From the sequence record SRR22947727_2089: a stretch of DNA of 33,930 nucleotides; one strand, 5' to 3'. Shown here one piece after another: positions 18,110 to 27,535 of the stretch. The notes beneath the pieces were generated by a model. It did not search any database. It was given only the letters and a program-made list of their open reading frames with translations, and was not told the DNA's origin. Made by a program: the position numbers and the translations under genes. Position 1 is the first letter of the stretch, and each line of letters starts with the position of its first letter.

Positions 18110-18569
18110 ACTGCTACCTATGGGCTGGTTGGGTGCTTGCCAATAAAAAACATCATAGAGCATGGCATTTTTCAAATATAAGACGCCGTTCAGCCGCAGA
18201 TTGCGCGCTGCCGCCTCGTTTTTATGGGCGATTTCCGGCCTTGGCTTTCGCCTTTACCTGATAAAATTCGAACACCGGTGAAAACCGCGGACCCCAAGCA
18301 TGGACTTTTAAGGAGGCGTTGTACATGCGCTCATCAGTGGGCGCATTTTTTCCAAAACCTACATTGCGCAGAGGGCAGCGCTGCTAGCCAGTCATTTGAA
18401 TATACGTTCCCATTCGGACGAGTGGAGCTGCAACAAAACGCGTGGGATGTGTTGATTTGGTCGTTTTGGATCAAAAGTTAAAAAATGCCGCGGTTGAAAA
18501 CGGGTTTCACGTTTCTTATTCCATTTATCTTGGCTATTATCTGGACGTCTCGTATCTCAAGGAAACATC

Positions 18570-18767
18570 ATGGCGCTTGTTTTAAGGTTTCTTCCAATTC
18601 TTCTGGTCATTGCTGTCCTGCTTTTGTTTTTTAGACGCTCAAGAGGGAAGAAAATGCCTTTTCCGGCAGCTCAGGGGGGCAATGGTAAGTTGTTCTTGAC
18701 CCTAGGCGCCACGCTTGTGGCGTTCGTGCTGTTCGTCATGGGGGCAGAGCTGATAACGCGTCTATGA
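18570..18767 (+). CDS. Small two-helix membrane protein, hypothetical
   Basis: 65 aa with two hydrophobic segments; AAGGA RBS. Confidence 0.65.
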   Translation: MALVLRFLPILLVIAVLLLFFRRSRGKKMPFPAAQGGNGKLFLTLGATLVAFVLFVMGAELITRL

Positions 18768-19074
18768 AAGCCTCTGTAAAAACGCTGTGAATTTTAGTGT
18801 CGGCCAAAGGCTATGCGTTTCACTCTGTGCTTCACAGAGATGCGGCGGGTGCAATTCAATAAAAAAAGGGCAGTGCAGTTACCCAATTTGAGAATTTTAC
18901 AGAGCGGTGTGGCGTTCAAAACTGGGGGTACCTTCAAGCGCGATGGCGCGTAAAAAAAATAGAAAAGCCTTTTAAAAAATTTAACCAAATGCAGCCTTGA
19001 TAAAATTTCAATTAATTTATATTTAGGTCTTACACGAAATCTTTGATCTTTAAACGCGTCAACAGGATGGGCTC

Positions 19075-19296
19075 ATGGGATATAATACAAATTTTGAAAT
19101 GGGATTAAAAGAGCTGGAAATCGTAGAGGACGCACTGCGTTTTCGGTTGAATCAATTGTCGAAGAGTTCGTCTTCGAACGCAAAGACATGCTTGACTGGA
19201 AAGAAAGAAATTTCGGAAATTCAATCTGTTTTGGGCAGCCTGCACAACCAAAAGCTTTGGTATCGCCCAACAGATACGCCCTACGTGAGCGGATAA
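19075..19296 (+). CDS. Small conserved hypothetical protein (LHNQK..YRP...YVSG type)
   Basis: 73 aa; AGGA RBS; pattern recalled from Rhodobacteraceae small proteins. Confidence 0.7.
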   Translation: MGYNTNFEMGLKELEIVEDALRFRLNQLSKSSSSNAKTCLTGKKEISEIQSVLGSLHNQKLWYRPTDTPYVSG

Positions 19297-19333
19297 CTTC
19301 GGCCCAAAGTTTCGTGGCGAGACGTGGTAAATA

Positions 19334-20296
19334 TTAGCCCGGCTTGTAGACGCGATCGGCCTCCGGATCGCCTAGGTCAAAAGAAAGTTGTGCCAATTCT
19401 GCCAAAGCAGGTTCTGGCAATTCAAGCGCCGCCCATTCAAGCGTTTCCTCCACGCGTTCGGGTTTGGAAACGCCAACAATTGTAGATGTTACACGCCTCT
19501 CACTAAGCGAAAATTGCAATGCGGCTGCCCCTAACGGGATGTTGTGGCGGGTACAGACATCTTCCAAAGCCCGTACGGGTTGCAACTGCTTTGCGTTGGC
19601 GGGCTGATAAGTGATCTTTGGTAGGATATGACTGCCCTTGGCAAGTACGCCCCCTGCATATGGAGCGGCATTGAAAACAGCAATTTCTTGCGTTTGCGCA
19701 TAGTCAAACATCGGGCCTGCTGAACGGTTCAACAAAGTAAAACGATTATGGCTAATCAAACTGTCAAACGGATATGCTTTTAAGATCGGAAACATGATGT
19801 CCAGCGCGCCCATCGCAAGACCGACGGCGGTGACCAAGCCCTGTTCCTTAAGTTTAAACAAGGCATCAATTGCGCCGCCATCGCGGGTTACTTCGTCTAA
19901 GTCATGCGCGTGTTCGGGATCATGAAGATGTAGAAGTGGAATGCAATTCAGGCCAAGGCGCGTCAGGCTTTCTTCGATTGAGCGCGCGACCCGATCGGCG
20001 TCAAAGCGCCCTGTTTGCATGTCACGGTCAAGCTTTGTGGCTAGCACAAAGCCGTCAGGTAACCCCCCTCGCGCTTTGATCGCTTGCCCAATCCGGCTTT
20101 CGCTACGCCCTAATCCATAATTATTTGACGTATCCAGAAAATTGATTGGCCCCTCAAAGATTTTTTGCAAGGTGATCTGCGCGCGCGCCTCACTTACCTC
20201 ATACCCATAGGTATCGGGCATATTGCCCAGCGCCGATGCACCAAAGGCCACGGGTGTGACGCTGAGCCCGCTGGTGCCTAACTTTTGTTTTTTCAT
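19334..20296 (-). CDS. Aldo/keto reductase (D-threo-aldose 1-dehydrogenase-like)
   Basis: DTSNNYGLGRSE, LATK, LHLHDP, NAAPYAGG, GAAALQF. Confidence 0.88.
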   Translation of the reverse strand: MKKQKLGTSGLSVTPVAFGASALGNMPDTYGYEVSEARAQITLQKIFEGPINFLDTSNNYGLGRSESRIGQAIKARGGLPDGFVLATKLDRDMQTGRFDADRVARSIEESLTRLGLNCIPLLHLHDPEHAHDLDEVTRDGGAIDALFKLKEQGLVTAVGLAMGALDIMFPILKAYPFDSLISHNRFTLLNRSAGPMFDYAQTQEIAVFNAAPYAGGVLAKGSHILPKITYQPANAKQLQPVRALEDVCTRHNIPLGAAALQFSLSERRVTSTIVGVSKPERVEETLEWAALELPEPALAELAQLSFDLGDPEADRVYKPG

Positions 20297-20406
20297 CGCC
20301 AAAAGGCTACGCTATTTTAAGGCGCTTAGCGAGTTAAAAGTGGCGCCATTTGCCCGATCAACGTAAGCTTCAATTGCGAGTGTTAAATCTGAAGGGCAGA
20401 CCTGTT

Positions 20407-21495
20407 ATGAGGCCAATTGATCACACGTTGAAACAAACCATTATGCGCGATTTTGGCACACCCTGCGCTGTTATTGATCTTGATAAGGTTGAGCAAAATA
20501 TCCAAACAGCGCAGCGTTTATGCGCCGCCCAAGGCCTTGCCAATCGGCCCCATATAAAAACGCATAAATCGCCAATTTTGGCCAAAATGCAAATTGCTGC
20601 GGGGGCGCAGGGGATCACTTGTCAGAAACTTGGCGAGGCTGAAATTATGGCGGATGCCGGGATAAGCGATATCGTGATTGCAACCAATCTGCTGGGCGCT
20701 GCGCGCTCGGGTCGGTTGGCTGCGTTGCAAAAGCGCGTCGCTTTGAAAGTCTGCGCTGATAATCGCGTGAGCTTAACCGCCTATGCGCAGGCTGCGCAAG
20801 ATGCAGGACGCCCTTTAGAGGTTCTGATTGAATGCGATACGGGGCAAAACCGTGCGGGCGTTGAGACCCCACAGCAAGCTTTAGATTTGGCACAGGTGAT
20901 TAAAGATGATCCGCATTTGAGGTTTGCTGGCTTGTTGTTTTACCCGCTGTTAAACGGCTGGCCACACACCCAGAGTTTTTTTGATGCGGTGCAGGCGGGA
21001 TTAAACCATCTTGGTCTCATAGCGGGTATCGTTTCGACCGGTGGAACCCCAAATTTCAAGAATATCGGGCAGCTGCGCGGCGCAACCGAGCATCGTGCCG
21101 GAACCTGTATTTTCAATGATCGGATGATGATCGCCGCGGGGTTCGCCACGCAAGAAGCGTGCGCTTATCACGTTTTCACCAGCGTTGTGAGCCGAGCTGG
21201 CGCCGAGCGAGGTATTTTGGATGCGGGTTCAAAAACCTTCACCTCGGATATAGGAGGCTTAGATGGCCATGGGCATATTATTGAATATCCAAACGCTCGC
21301 ATTGATAAATTTGCAGAAGAACACGGATTTTTAGATTTATCCCAAACTGCGCGCAAACCTGAAATAGGAGAGATCGTCCGCGTCATCCCCAACCATGTTT
21401 GTGTGTCTGTAAATATGTTTGATCAATTAGTCGCCATTCGGGGCGACCAAGTGGTTGCCTGTATCCCAGTGGCAGCGCGGGGAAAGCTTGTGTAA
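20407..21495 (+). CDS. D-threonine aldolase / D-serine dehydratase-like PLP enzyme (fold type III)
   Basis: TPCAVIDL, RPHIKTHK (PLP lysine), QKLGEAE, STGGTP, DAGSK, EEHG, PNHVC. Confidence 0.88.
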   Translation: MRPIDHTLKQTIMRDFGTPCAVIDLDKVEQNIQTAQRLCAAQGLANRPHIKTHKSPILAKMQIAAGAQGITCQKLGEAEIMADAGISDIVIATNLLGAARSGRLAALQKRVALKVCADNRVSLTAYAQAAQDAGRPLEVLIECDTGQNRAGVETPQQALDLAQVIKDDPHLRFAGLLFYPLLNGWPHTQSFFDAVQAGLNHLGLIAGIVSTGGTPNFKNIGQLRGATEHRAGTCIFNDRMMIAAGFATQEACAYHVFTSVVSRAGAERGILDAGSKTFTSDIGGLDGHGHIIEYPNARIDKFAEEHGFLDLSQTARKPEIGEIVRVIPNHVCVSVNMFDQLVAIRGDQVVACIPVAARGKLV

Positions 21496-21560
21496 AGTTT
21501 TAAAATCAAACTTGGGCAAAAAGGCTTCAGAGCAGATCCGCCACACAGCCCGCTTGTGCT

Positions 21561-21632
21561 GCCGGCCCGGCTTATCATGATGGTTAAGACGTAAGAGGTG
21601 CACGCTTCTTGCGCGGCACATCCGGCATCGAT
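21561..21632 (-). pseudogene. Diverged inverted fragment homologous to the adjacent D-TA-like gene (21130-21201)
   Basis: IDAGCAAQEACTSYVLTIMISRAG vs IAAGFATQEACAYHVFTSVVSRAG; 52/72 nt and 14/24 aa identical by manual count. Confidence 0.75.
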
Positions 21633-21665
21633 CCTCCACTTGGCAAGGCCCATCCGGGGCTTTGA

Positions 21666-22697
21666 TTATGCAAGCTCGGATGAGGCGGCCCATAGGTTCA
21701 GGTCTCGATCAGTGGCATAGGCATTGATGCGCCGAAGTTCATCTTCGCTAAACTCTAAGTTCTGGATCGCACCGGCACAATCCACCACTTGCTCGGGCTT
21801 TGACGCCCCAATCAGCGCTGAGGTTACGCGCCCTTCGCGCAGCACCCACGCCAGTGCCATTTGGGCCAGGGTTTGACCGCGTGCCTCTGCAATAGCATTT
21901 AAACCGCGCAAGGCCTCGACCAGCGCATCGGCGATCCGGCCGCGATCAAGGCTTTTCTCTTGCATGGCGCGGCTATCGCTGGGAATTCCGTTAAGATACT
22001 TGTTTGTGAGAAGCCCCTGGGCCAAAGGCGTGAAGGCGATTGACCCCATGCCGAGGCTGTCCAAGCTGTCAAGCAGACCATCGGTTTCGACCCAACGATT
22101 GAACATATTATAGCTTGGCTGATGGATCAGACAGGGGGTACCCAGCGCCTTCAAAATTACCACGGCTTCTTGCGTGCGCTTGCTGTTATAGCTTGAAATG
22201 CCTACATAAAGTGCCCGTCCAGAGCGGACGATATGATCCAGAGCGCCCATCGTTTCTTCTAAAGGTGTATTTGGATCGAATCGGTGTGAATAGAAAATAT
22301 CTACATAGTCCAAGCCCATCCGCCGAAGCGATTGATCACAAGAGGCAATCAGGTATTTGCGGCTGCCCCATTCTCCGTAGGGGCCATCCCACATATTATA
22401 CCCGGCCTTTGAGCTTATCAATAATTCGTCTCGATAGCCGGCGAAATCTTGGCGCAAAATATCACCAAAGGCTGCTTCCGCACTGCCGGGCGGTGGTCCA
22501 TAATTATTGGCCAGATCAAAATGTGTGATGCCATGATCAAACGCTGTTTGGCAGATTTTTCGTTTGGTTTGATGTGGAAAATCATGGCCGAAATTATGCC
22601 AAAGGCCCAAAGATACCGCGGGCAGTTTTAAACCGGATTGACCGCATCGGCGATAAACCATTGCGTCATAGCGAGAAGAGGCGGGCGTATAGGTCAT
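21666..22697 (-). CDS. mgrA: L-glyceraldehyde 3-phosphate reductase (YghZ/Gpr-type AKR)
   Basis: YRRCGQSGLKLPAVSLGLWHNFG, FDLANNYGPPPGSAE, LIHQPSY, PLAQGLLT. Confidence 0.93.
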   Translation of the reverse strand: MTYTPASSRYDAMVYRRCGQSGLKLPAVSLGLWHNFGHDFPHQTKRKICQTAFDHGITHFDLANNYGPPPGSAEAAFGDILRQDFAGYRDELLISSKAGYNMWDGPYGEWGSRKYLIASCDQSLRRMGLDYVDIFYSHRFDPNTPLEETMGALDHIVRSGRALYVGISSYNSKRTQEAVVILKALGTPCLIHQPSYNMFNRWVETDGLLDSLDSLGMGSIAFTPLAQGLLTNKYLNGIPSDSRAMQEKSLDRGRIADALVEALRGLNAIAEARGQTLAQMALAWVLREGRVTSALIGASKPEQVVDCAGAIQNLEFSEDELRRINAYATDRDLNLWAASSELA

Positions 22698-23164
22698 TTT
22701 ATATCCAAATTTGTAGGGCAGATGCCATGCGTTTTAATAGGCGCTTTAAACAGGGGCGCTCAATCTGTTTATCTGACGCATCATCTCTCTGGCAAATGGT
22801 TTCAGATCTTAAGTCGTTAAATTTTAAACCCAAGTTACTGGGCAAACTCAATAGGTGTCTGAGGCCATTTGCTCGCTTTGAACAAATCACGCATGGTTCC
22901 AACGCGCCGCCCAATTGGACTGCGTTGCGCCCTGTAATCAATCGTTATGCGCTGGGCCGGATCTTTTTTATCAAAGAGCCCCCCCGCTTAAAAGTTTCTT
23001 TGTGGGGACTTATTAAGCAGTTGCGCTGAAACTCTAGGCCTGAAGGGCTAGAGCGTATTCACAACGAGCCTTGAGCCGCTGAAAACCAAACTTCGGCTGT
23101 GCAGGCGCGGTCTCTGATGATACCCGTAATGCGCAAACCTTAATTTCTCCCGAATTTTGTGCAT

Positions 23165-23232
23165 CATTGAACGCGATCCTCCCAGACGTTTCAATGTTAC
23201 TTTGGCCCCCTTTTTTGGGGGGGCCTTTTTTT
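23165..23232 (+). ncRNA. Candidate sRNA with a CCUCCCAG loop and intrinsic terminator
   Basis: Hairpin CATTGAACG...ATCCTCCCAGA...CGTTTCAATG, then GGCCCCC-N8-GGGGGCC-T7; no upstream plus-strand gene for it to terminate. Confidence 0.6.
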
Positions 23233-23473
23233 GTTTCTACTCGCGAAAACCAAGCTAAAATCTAGAACCTCAGCTGCGTAAGTGGGGATGGTCAATCCAG
23301 AGGCTTTGCAGCCCACTTTGAGAGAGAGGTGCGCGATTAAGATCCAAATTGTACAATCACGTGGTTTATGCAATCGTGCCGGACACTCAGCCGGAACGCG
23401 CTGGTGCGCGCAAGGCTTTTGAAAAAAGCCGTGCGTTTTACCTGTGCTCCAACTTTTAAAACGGGAGAGATCA

Positions 23474-24655
23474 ATGATTGAATCGTGGCGTTGGTTCGGG
23501 CCGCTTGATAAGATTTCTTTGGATCATATTGCCCAATCCGGCGCGGGGGTATTGGTTTCAGCATTGCATGAAATTCCATATGGAGACGTATGGGATGAGG
23601 AGGCGATCAAAACGCGGCAAGCGCTTATTGCGCAGGCCGCTCGGCCCTTATCTTGGCAAGTGGTGGAAAGTCTGCCGCTGCATGAAAATATCAAAAAAGG
23701 CGAAGGCGATTTGCCGCGTATTTTTGCAAATTATCGACAATCAATGGCCAATCTTGCGGCCTGCGGCATTAAAACGATTTGTTACAATTTTATGCCCGTT
23801 CTGGATTGGACCAGAACAACGCTGGACTGGCAGATGCCATCGGGCGGCCATGCGCTGCGCTATTCTGCGGTTGAGATGGCAGCTTTTGATATGTTCATCT
23901 TGCAACGCCCCGGCGCGGAAGACGATCACGCCGAACAGGTGATTTCGCAAGCTCAGCTATGGTTCGAAAAGGCGGGTATGGAAGATAAAGACCGTTTGTT
24001 GTCTTCGATTATGACGGGCCTGCCGGGGGCTTATGATAGGTATGATGTGGCTGGCTTGCGCGCTGCTTTACAGGCATATGAGGGGCTGACACACAAAGAT
24101 TTAAGGGCGAATTTGAAGCGGTTTCTGCAGGAAATCATTCCCACGGCGCAAGAGCTTGGCGTAAATATGTGCATTCATCCAGATGATCCTCCTTGGGATA
24201 TTCTGGGCTTGCCGCGTATTGTCTCAACGCAATCTGATATCGCTTGGATTTTAGAGGCAGTAGAGGCGGAGGAGAATGGGGTCACGTTTTGCACGGGTGG
24301 TTTCGGGGCGCATCCTAAGAATGATTTGATCGCAATGGCGCGCGCTTTTGCGCAACGTGTGCATTTCGCGCATTTGCGCAATGTCACAAAATCACCCGAT
24401 GGATCTTTCCATGAATCAGATCATCTGGGCGGGGATGTCGATCTGGTAAAGGCGATGGAAATCCTACAGGCTGAAACGCATCGTCGGCACGCGGAACAAC
24501 AGGGTCGCCCGATTTATTTTCGGCCAGATCACGGCCATGCTTTGGCGGGCGATAAGGGGGCTGGCACGCATCCGGGATATCCTTATATCGGGCGCTTAAA
24601 GGGTTTGGCTGAACTGCGCGGTGTATTGGCGGCGCTGAACGCGGCCTCTGTTTGA
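23474..24655 (+). CDS. uxuA: Mannonate dehydratase
   Basis: WRWFGP, VVESLP, ICYNFMPVLDWTRT, HPDDPP, HFAHLRNV, RPDHGH, PGYPYIGRLKGLAELRG; GGGAG RBS before ATG 23474. Confidence 0.95.
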   Translation: MIESWRWFGPLDKISLDHIAQSGAGVLVSALHEIPYGDVWDEEAIKTRQALIAQAARPLSWQVVESLPLHENIKKGEGDLPRIFANYRQSMANLAACGIKTICYNFMPVLDWTRTTLDWQMPSGGHALRYSAVEMAAFDMFILQRPGAEDDHAEQVISQAQLWFEKAGMEDKDRLLSSIMTGLPGAYDRYDVAGLRAALQAYEGLTHKDLRANLKRFLQEIIPTAQELGVNMCIHPDDPPWDILGLPRIVSTQSDIAWILEAVEAEENGVTFCTGGFGAHPKNDLIAMARAFAQRVHFAHLRNVTKSPDGSFHESDHLGGDVDLVKAMEILQAETHRRHAEQQGRPIYFRPDHGHALAGDKGAGTHPGYPYIGRLKGLAELRGVLAALNAASV

Positions 24656-24726
24656 AATAAAATCAGTCATTTCCAGCTTCTAACCGCGAATGAAACAGGT
24701 TAGGGGGCAGGCAAATGGGAGATGGC

Positions 24727-25749
24727 ATGACTGATATCGAGAATATAACCACATTAAGTGTTGCGGATGCGGTTCGCTTCGTAAGCCGGGCTTTTGTACA
24801 GGCTGGGGTTTCTGAGGCCAATGCAGCTACGGTTGCTGCAGCTTTGGTTGCCGCAGAAATTGATGGACAAAAAGGCCATGGGTTATCGCGGGTGAAAAGC
24901 TATGCGTTGCAGGCGGGGTCGGGCAAAGTGAATGGAACCGCGGTTCCGCAGCTTGAAATCTGCAGCGCTGGGCTGATACGAGTTGATGCGCAAAACGGGT
25001 TTGCTTTTCCTGCGATCGCTTTGGCAATTTCGGAATTGCTGACGCGCCTGCCAGAAACAGGCATAGCGGCTGCGGGGATCATAAGATCACATCATGCCGG
25101 TCAAATGGGCGCGCATGTCGAGGCCTTGGCAGAGCAAGGCATGATTGCCCTCATGTTTGCCAATACGCCCAAAGCGATGGCGCCCTGGGGGGGAAGCCAA
25201 CCGGTGTTTGGCACCAACCCGATTGCGTTTGCCAGCCCTCGAGCCGATGCAGCGCCTTTGGTAATTGATCTTTCGCTATCCAAAGTCGCCAGAGGTAAAG
25301 TGATGGCGGCTGATAAAGCCGGCGACTCGATCCCCGAAGGATGGGCTTTGGATCGAAATGGCCAAGCGACGACTGATCCCAAAGCGGCTTTGGCCGGTTC
25401 AATGGTGCCCCTTGGCGATGCCAAAGGTGCCGCCTTAAGTCTCATGGTTGAAATTCTATCTGCCAGTTTGATCGGTGCAAATCATAGCTTTGAGGCCACA
25501 TCCTTTTTTGACGCAGAAGGCGCGCCCCCTGGCGTGGGGCAAATGATCATAGCGATTGACCCAAAAAAATTCGGTGGCCAGGCATTCCAAACCCGCCTCA
25601 GCGCTTTATGTTCGGCCATCTTGGAGCAAAGCGGTACGCGCCTGCCCGGCGCAAGCCGTGGTCAAAAGCGTCAAGACGCCCGCCAAAATGGGGTCAATAT
25701 TCCGTCACATTTGCGCAAAGAAATTGAAGGTCTGATTGCGGATGCTTAG
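24727..25749 (+). CDS. Ldh2/AllD family oxidoreductase (ComC-like sulfolactate/malate dehydrogenase)
   Basis: GHGLSR, DAQNGF, SHHAG, GTNPIAF, KVARGK, PEGWALD, KGAAL, RLPG; alternative start 24715. Confidence 0.88.
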   Translation: MTDIENITTLSVADAVRFVSRAFVQAGVSEANAATVAAALVAAEIDGQKGHGLSRVKSYALQAGSGKVNGTAVPQLEICSAGLIRVDAQNGFAFPAIALAISELLTRLPETGIAAAGIIRSHHAGQMGAHVEALAEQGMIALMFANTPKAMAPWGGSQPVFGTNPIAFASPRADAAPLVIDLSLSKVARGKVMAADKAGDSIPEGWALDRNGQATTDPKAALAGSMVPLGDAKGAALSLMVEILSASLIGANHSFEATSFFDAEGAPPGVGQMIIAIDPKKFGGQAFQTRLSALCSAILEQSGTRLPGASRGQKRQDARQNGVNIPSHLRKEIEGLIADA

Positions 25750-25915
25750 CGCGCCGCAGGGCGAAACTTGTCATTCCGCGCTACTCTTAATGGCATGACG
25801 CTGTCTTGAATATTTTTCCGGGCGTTTTGCTTTTCTCATTTTGGTTAAATGTTGGTTCGAGTGCTTGGGCATATTTTCAAGTTGCTCAAGCCGTTGCGGG
25901 CGCAGCTGCTGAGGC

Positions 25916-25945
25916 TTGACATTAGAGCGCTCAGTGTAAAGCCTG
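25916..25945 (+). promoter_or_regulatory. iolG promoter with an overlapping LacI-like operator
   Basis: TTGACA at 25916 immediately followed by TTAGAGCGCTCAG (GAGCGCTC palindromic core); AGGAG RBS downstream. Confidence 0.45.
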
Positions 25946-25984
25946 TGAACGAACCGATTACCCTGTTATTTTAGGAGAAAAGAA

Positions 25985-27007
25985 ATGCTCAACATAGCGG
26001 TTTTGGGATGTGGACGGATAGGGCGCATGCATGCAGATAATATCGCGCGCCACGCAGATGCTGAATTAGCTATGGTCTATGATGTCCACATGCCAAGCGC
26101 CTCTGCCGTGGCCGAACAGCACGGTGTACCGGCAGCATCTAGCCCGCAAGACATATTTTCCTCGGGTCATGTGGATGCTGTATTGGTCGCCACCACAACT
26201 GAAACCCATGCGGATTTTATTGAAATGGCGGTGGCTGCGGGCAAGCCGGTGCTGTGTGAAAAGCCCATTGATCTCAGCCTCGCACGTATCAATGCCTGCG
26301 CAGAAAGGATTTCGGGTAGCGATGTGTTGATCCAACTAGGCTTTAACCGCCGTTTCGATCCGGGCCATCGGGCCGCGCGCCAAGGGTTATTGAACGGATA
26401 TATTGGTGATTTGCATCAAGTGATTATAACCTCGCGCGACCCTGAAATGCCGCCCAGATCCTATTATGAAAGCGCCGGTGGATTGCTGCGCGATATGACC
26501 ATCCATGATTTTGATTTGGCCCGCTTTATTCTGGGCGAAACCCCGACAGAGGTTATGGCGATGGGGGGGCGTTTGATTGATCCTGCGTTGATGGAGGAGC
26601 TAGACGATCTTGACAGCGCGATGATCGTCATGCGGACCGCGGATGGCAAACAATGCCAGATTAATAATTCGCGAACGGCGGTTTATGGCTATGACCAGCG
26701 ATTGGAATTGCTAGGTTCAACGGGCATGTTGATCAGCGATAATCGCAAGCCGTATGAGTTGCGCCGCTACTCGGCGCAGGAAAGCGAAACAAGCCAGCCC
26801 TATTTGCATTTCTTTATAGAGCGCTATCACGAAGCTTTTATGGCAGAGATCGCTGCTTTTGTTGAGGCCGTAAAAAACCATAAACCCGCAGAGGTTGGCT
26901 TTGAAGATGGGCGTCAGGCCCTGCTTCTTGCTGAAGCTGCGTATCTTTCTATCTCTGAAAAACGGCTGGTGCAGGTCGAAGAGGTTTTCGAGCGTTTGGC
27001 GCAATGA
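25985..27007 (+). CDS. iolG: Myo-inositol 2-dehydrogenase (Gfo/Idh/MocA family)
   Basis: GCGRIG, CEKP, GFNRRFDP, ITSRDP, DMTIHDFD, NSRTAVYGYDQRLE. Confidence 0.9.
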   Translation: MLNIAVLGCGRIGRMHADNIARHADAELAMVYDVHMPSASAVAEQHGVPAASSPQDIFSSGHVDAVLVATTTETHADFIEMAVAAGKPVLCEKPIDLSLARINACAERISGSDVLIQLGFNRRFDPGHRAARQGLLNGYIGDLHQVIITSRDPEMPPRSYYESAGGLLRDMTIHDFDLARFILGETPTEVMAMGGRLIDPALMEELDDLDSAMIVMRTADGKQCQINNSRTAVYGYDQRLELLGSTGMLISDNRKPYELRRYSAQESETSQPYLHFFIERYHEAFMAEIAAFVEAVKNHKPAEVGFEDGRQALLLAEAAYLSISEKRLVQVEEVFERLAQ

Positions 27008-27089
27008 CCTTGCCGACATTCCGATTTTAATGTTCCGCGCTTCAGCTAAACGATTTGATAAGAAAACCGTATTATAAGATGTGAAGTTG

Positions 27090-27146
27090 GTTTTTGTCTT
27101 CATTTCCTCCCTTAAAAGACTGGTGGGCCTCGTGCCCACCTTTTTT
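27090..27146 (+). ncRNA. Candidate CCUCCC-loop sRNA or 3'-UTR element with intrinsic terminator
   Basis: GTCTT-CATTTCCTCCCTTAA-AAGAC, then GGTGGGC-CTCGT-GCCCACC-T6. Confidence 0.5.
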
Positions 27147-27535
27147 ATGGGTTCGGCAACTTCTTTTTACGCCTTGCCAAGGGCGAATATGATTTCAAGC
27201 TGTCCGCTCTCTCGGCCGAAAGCTTGATACTTATCACTCAATCACAATAATTTTACCCAAATTTTGACGCCGGGGGATAGCCTAGGCTTTGGAACAACCC
27301 TGCTGCGTTTCATCTAGGTTTTTTGAACGTTTTTGATTGAAAATCATAGTTTGTGTGGCATCGGGTATTGTTACTCTGTCTGGTGCAAGCAAAATCTACA
27401 TTTTGCAGCGGGTGTTTTATGTGCGGATTTTTGCCGGTAGGTGTCAGTTGGCTATTTAAATCAGTTGGTTTCTACGGCATGATATTTGTATATGTATATC
27501 GACGGGCGCTGGCGCTGATGTAACAGGAGAATGCT

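Noticed and set aside
21130-21632. Diversity-generating retroelement TR/VR pair
   Set aside because: Mismatches are not restricted to adenines and no reverse transcriptase is present
22574-23029. 151-aa (+) and 80-aa (-) ORFs upstream of mgrA
   Set aside because: The longer one overlaps mgrA antisense, neither has recognisable motifs or an RBS; treated as spurious
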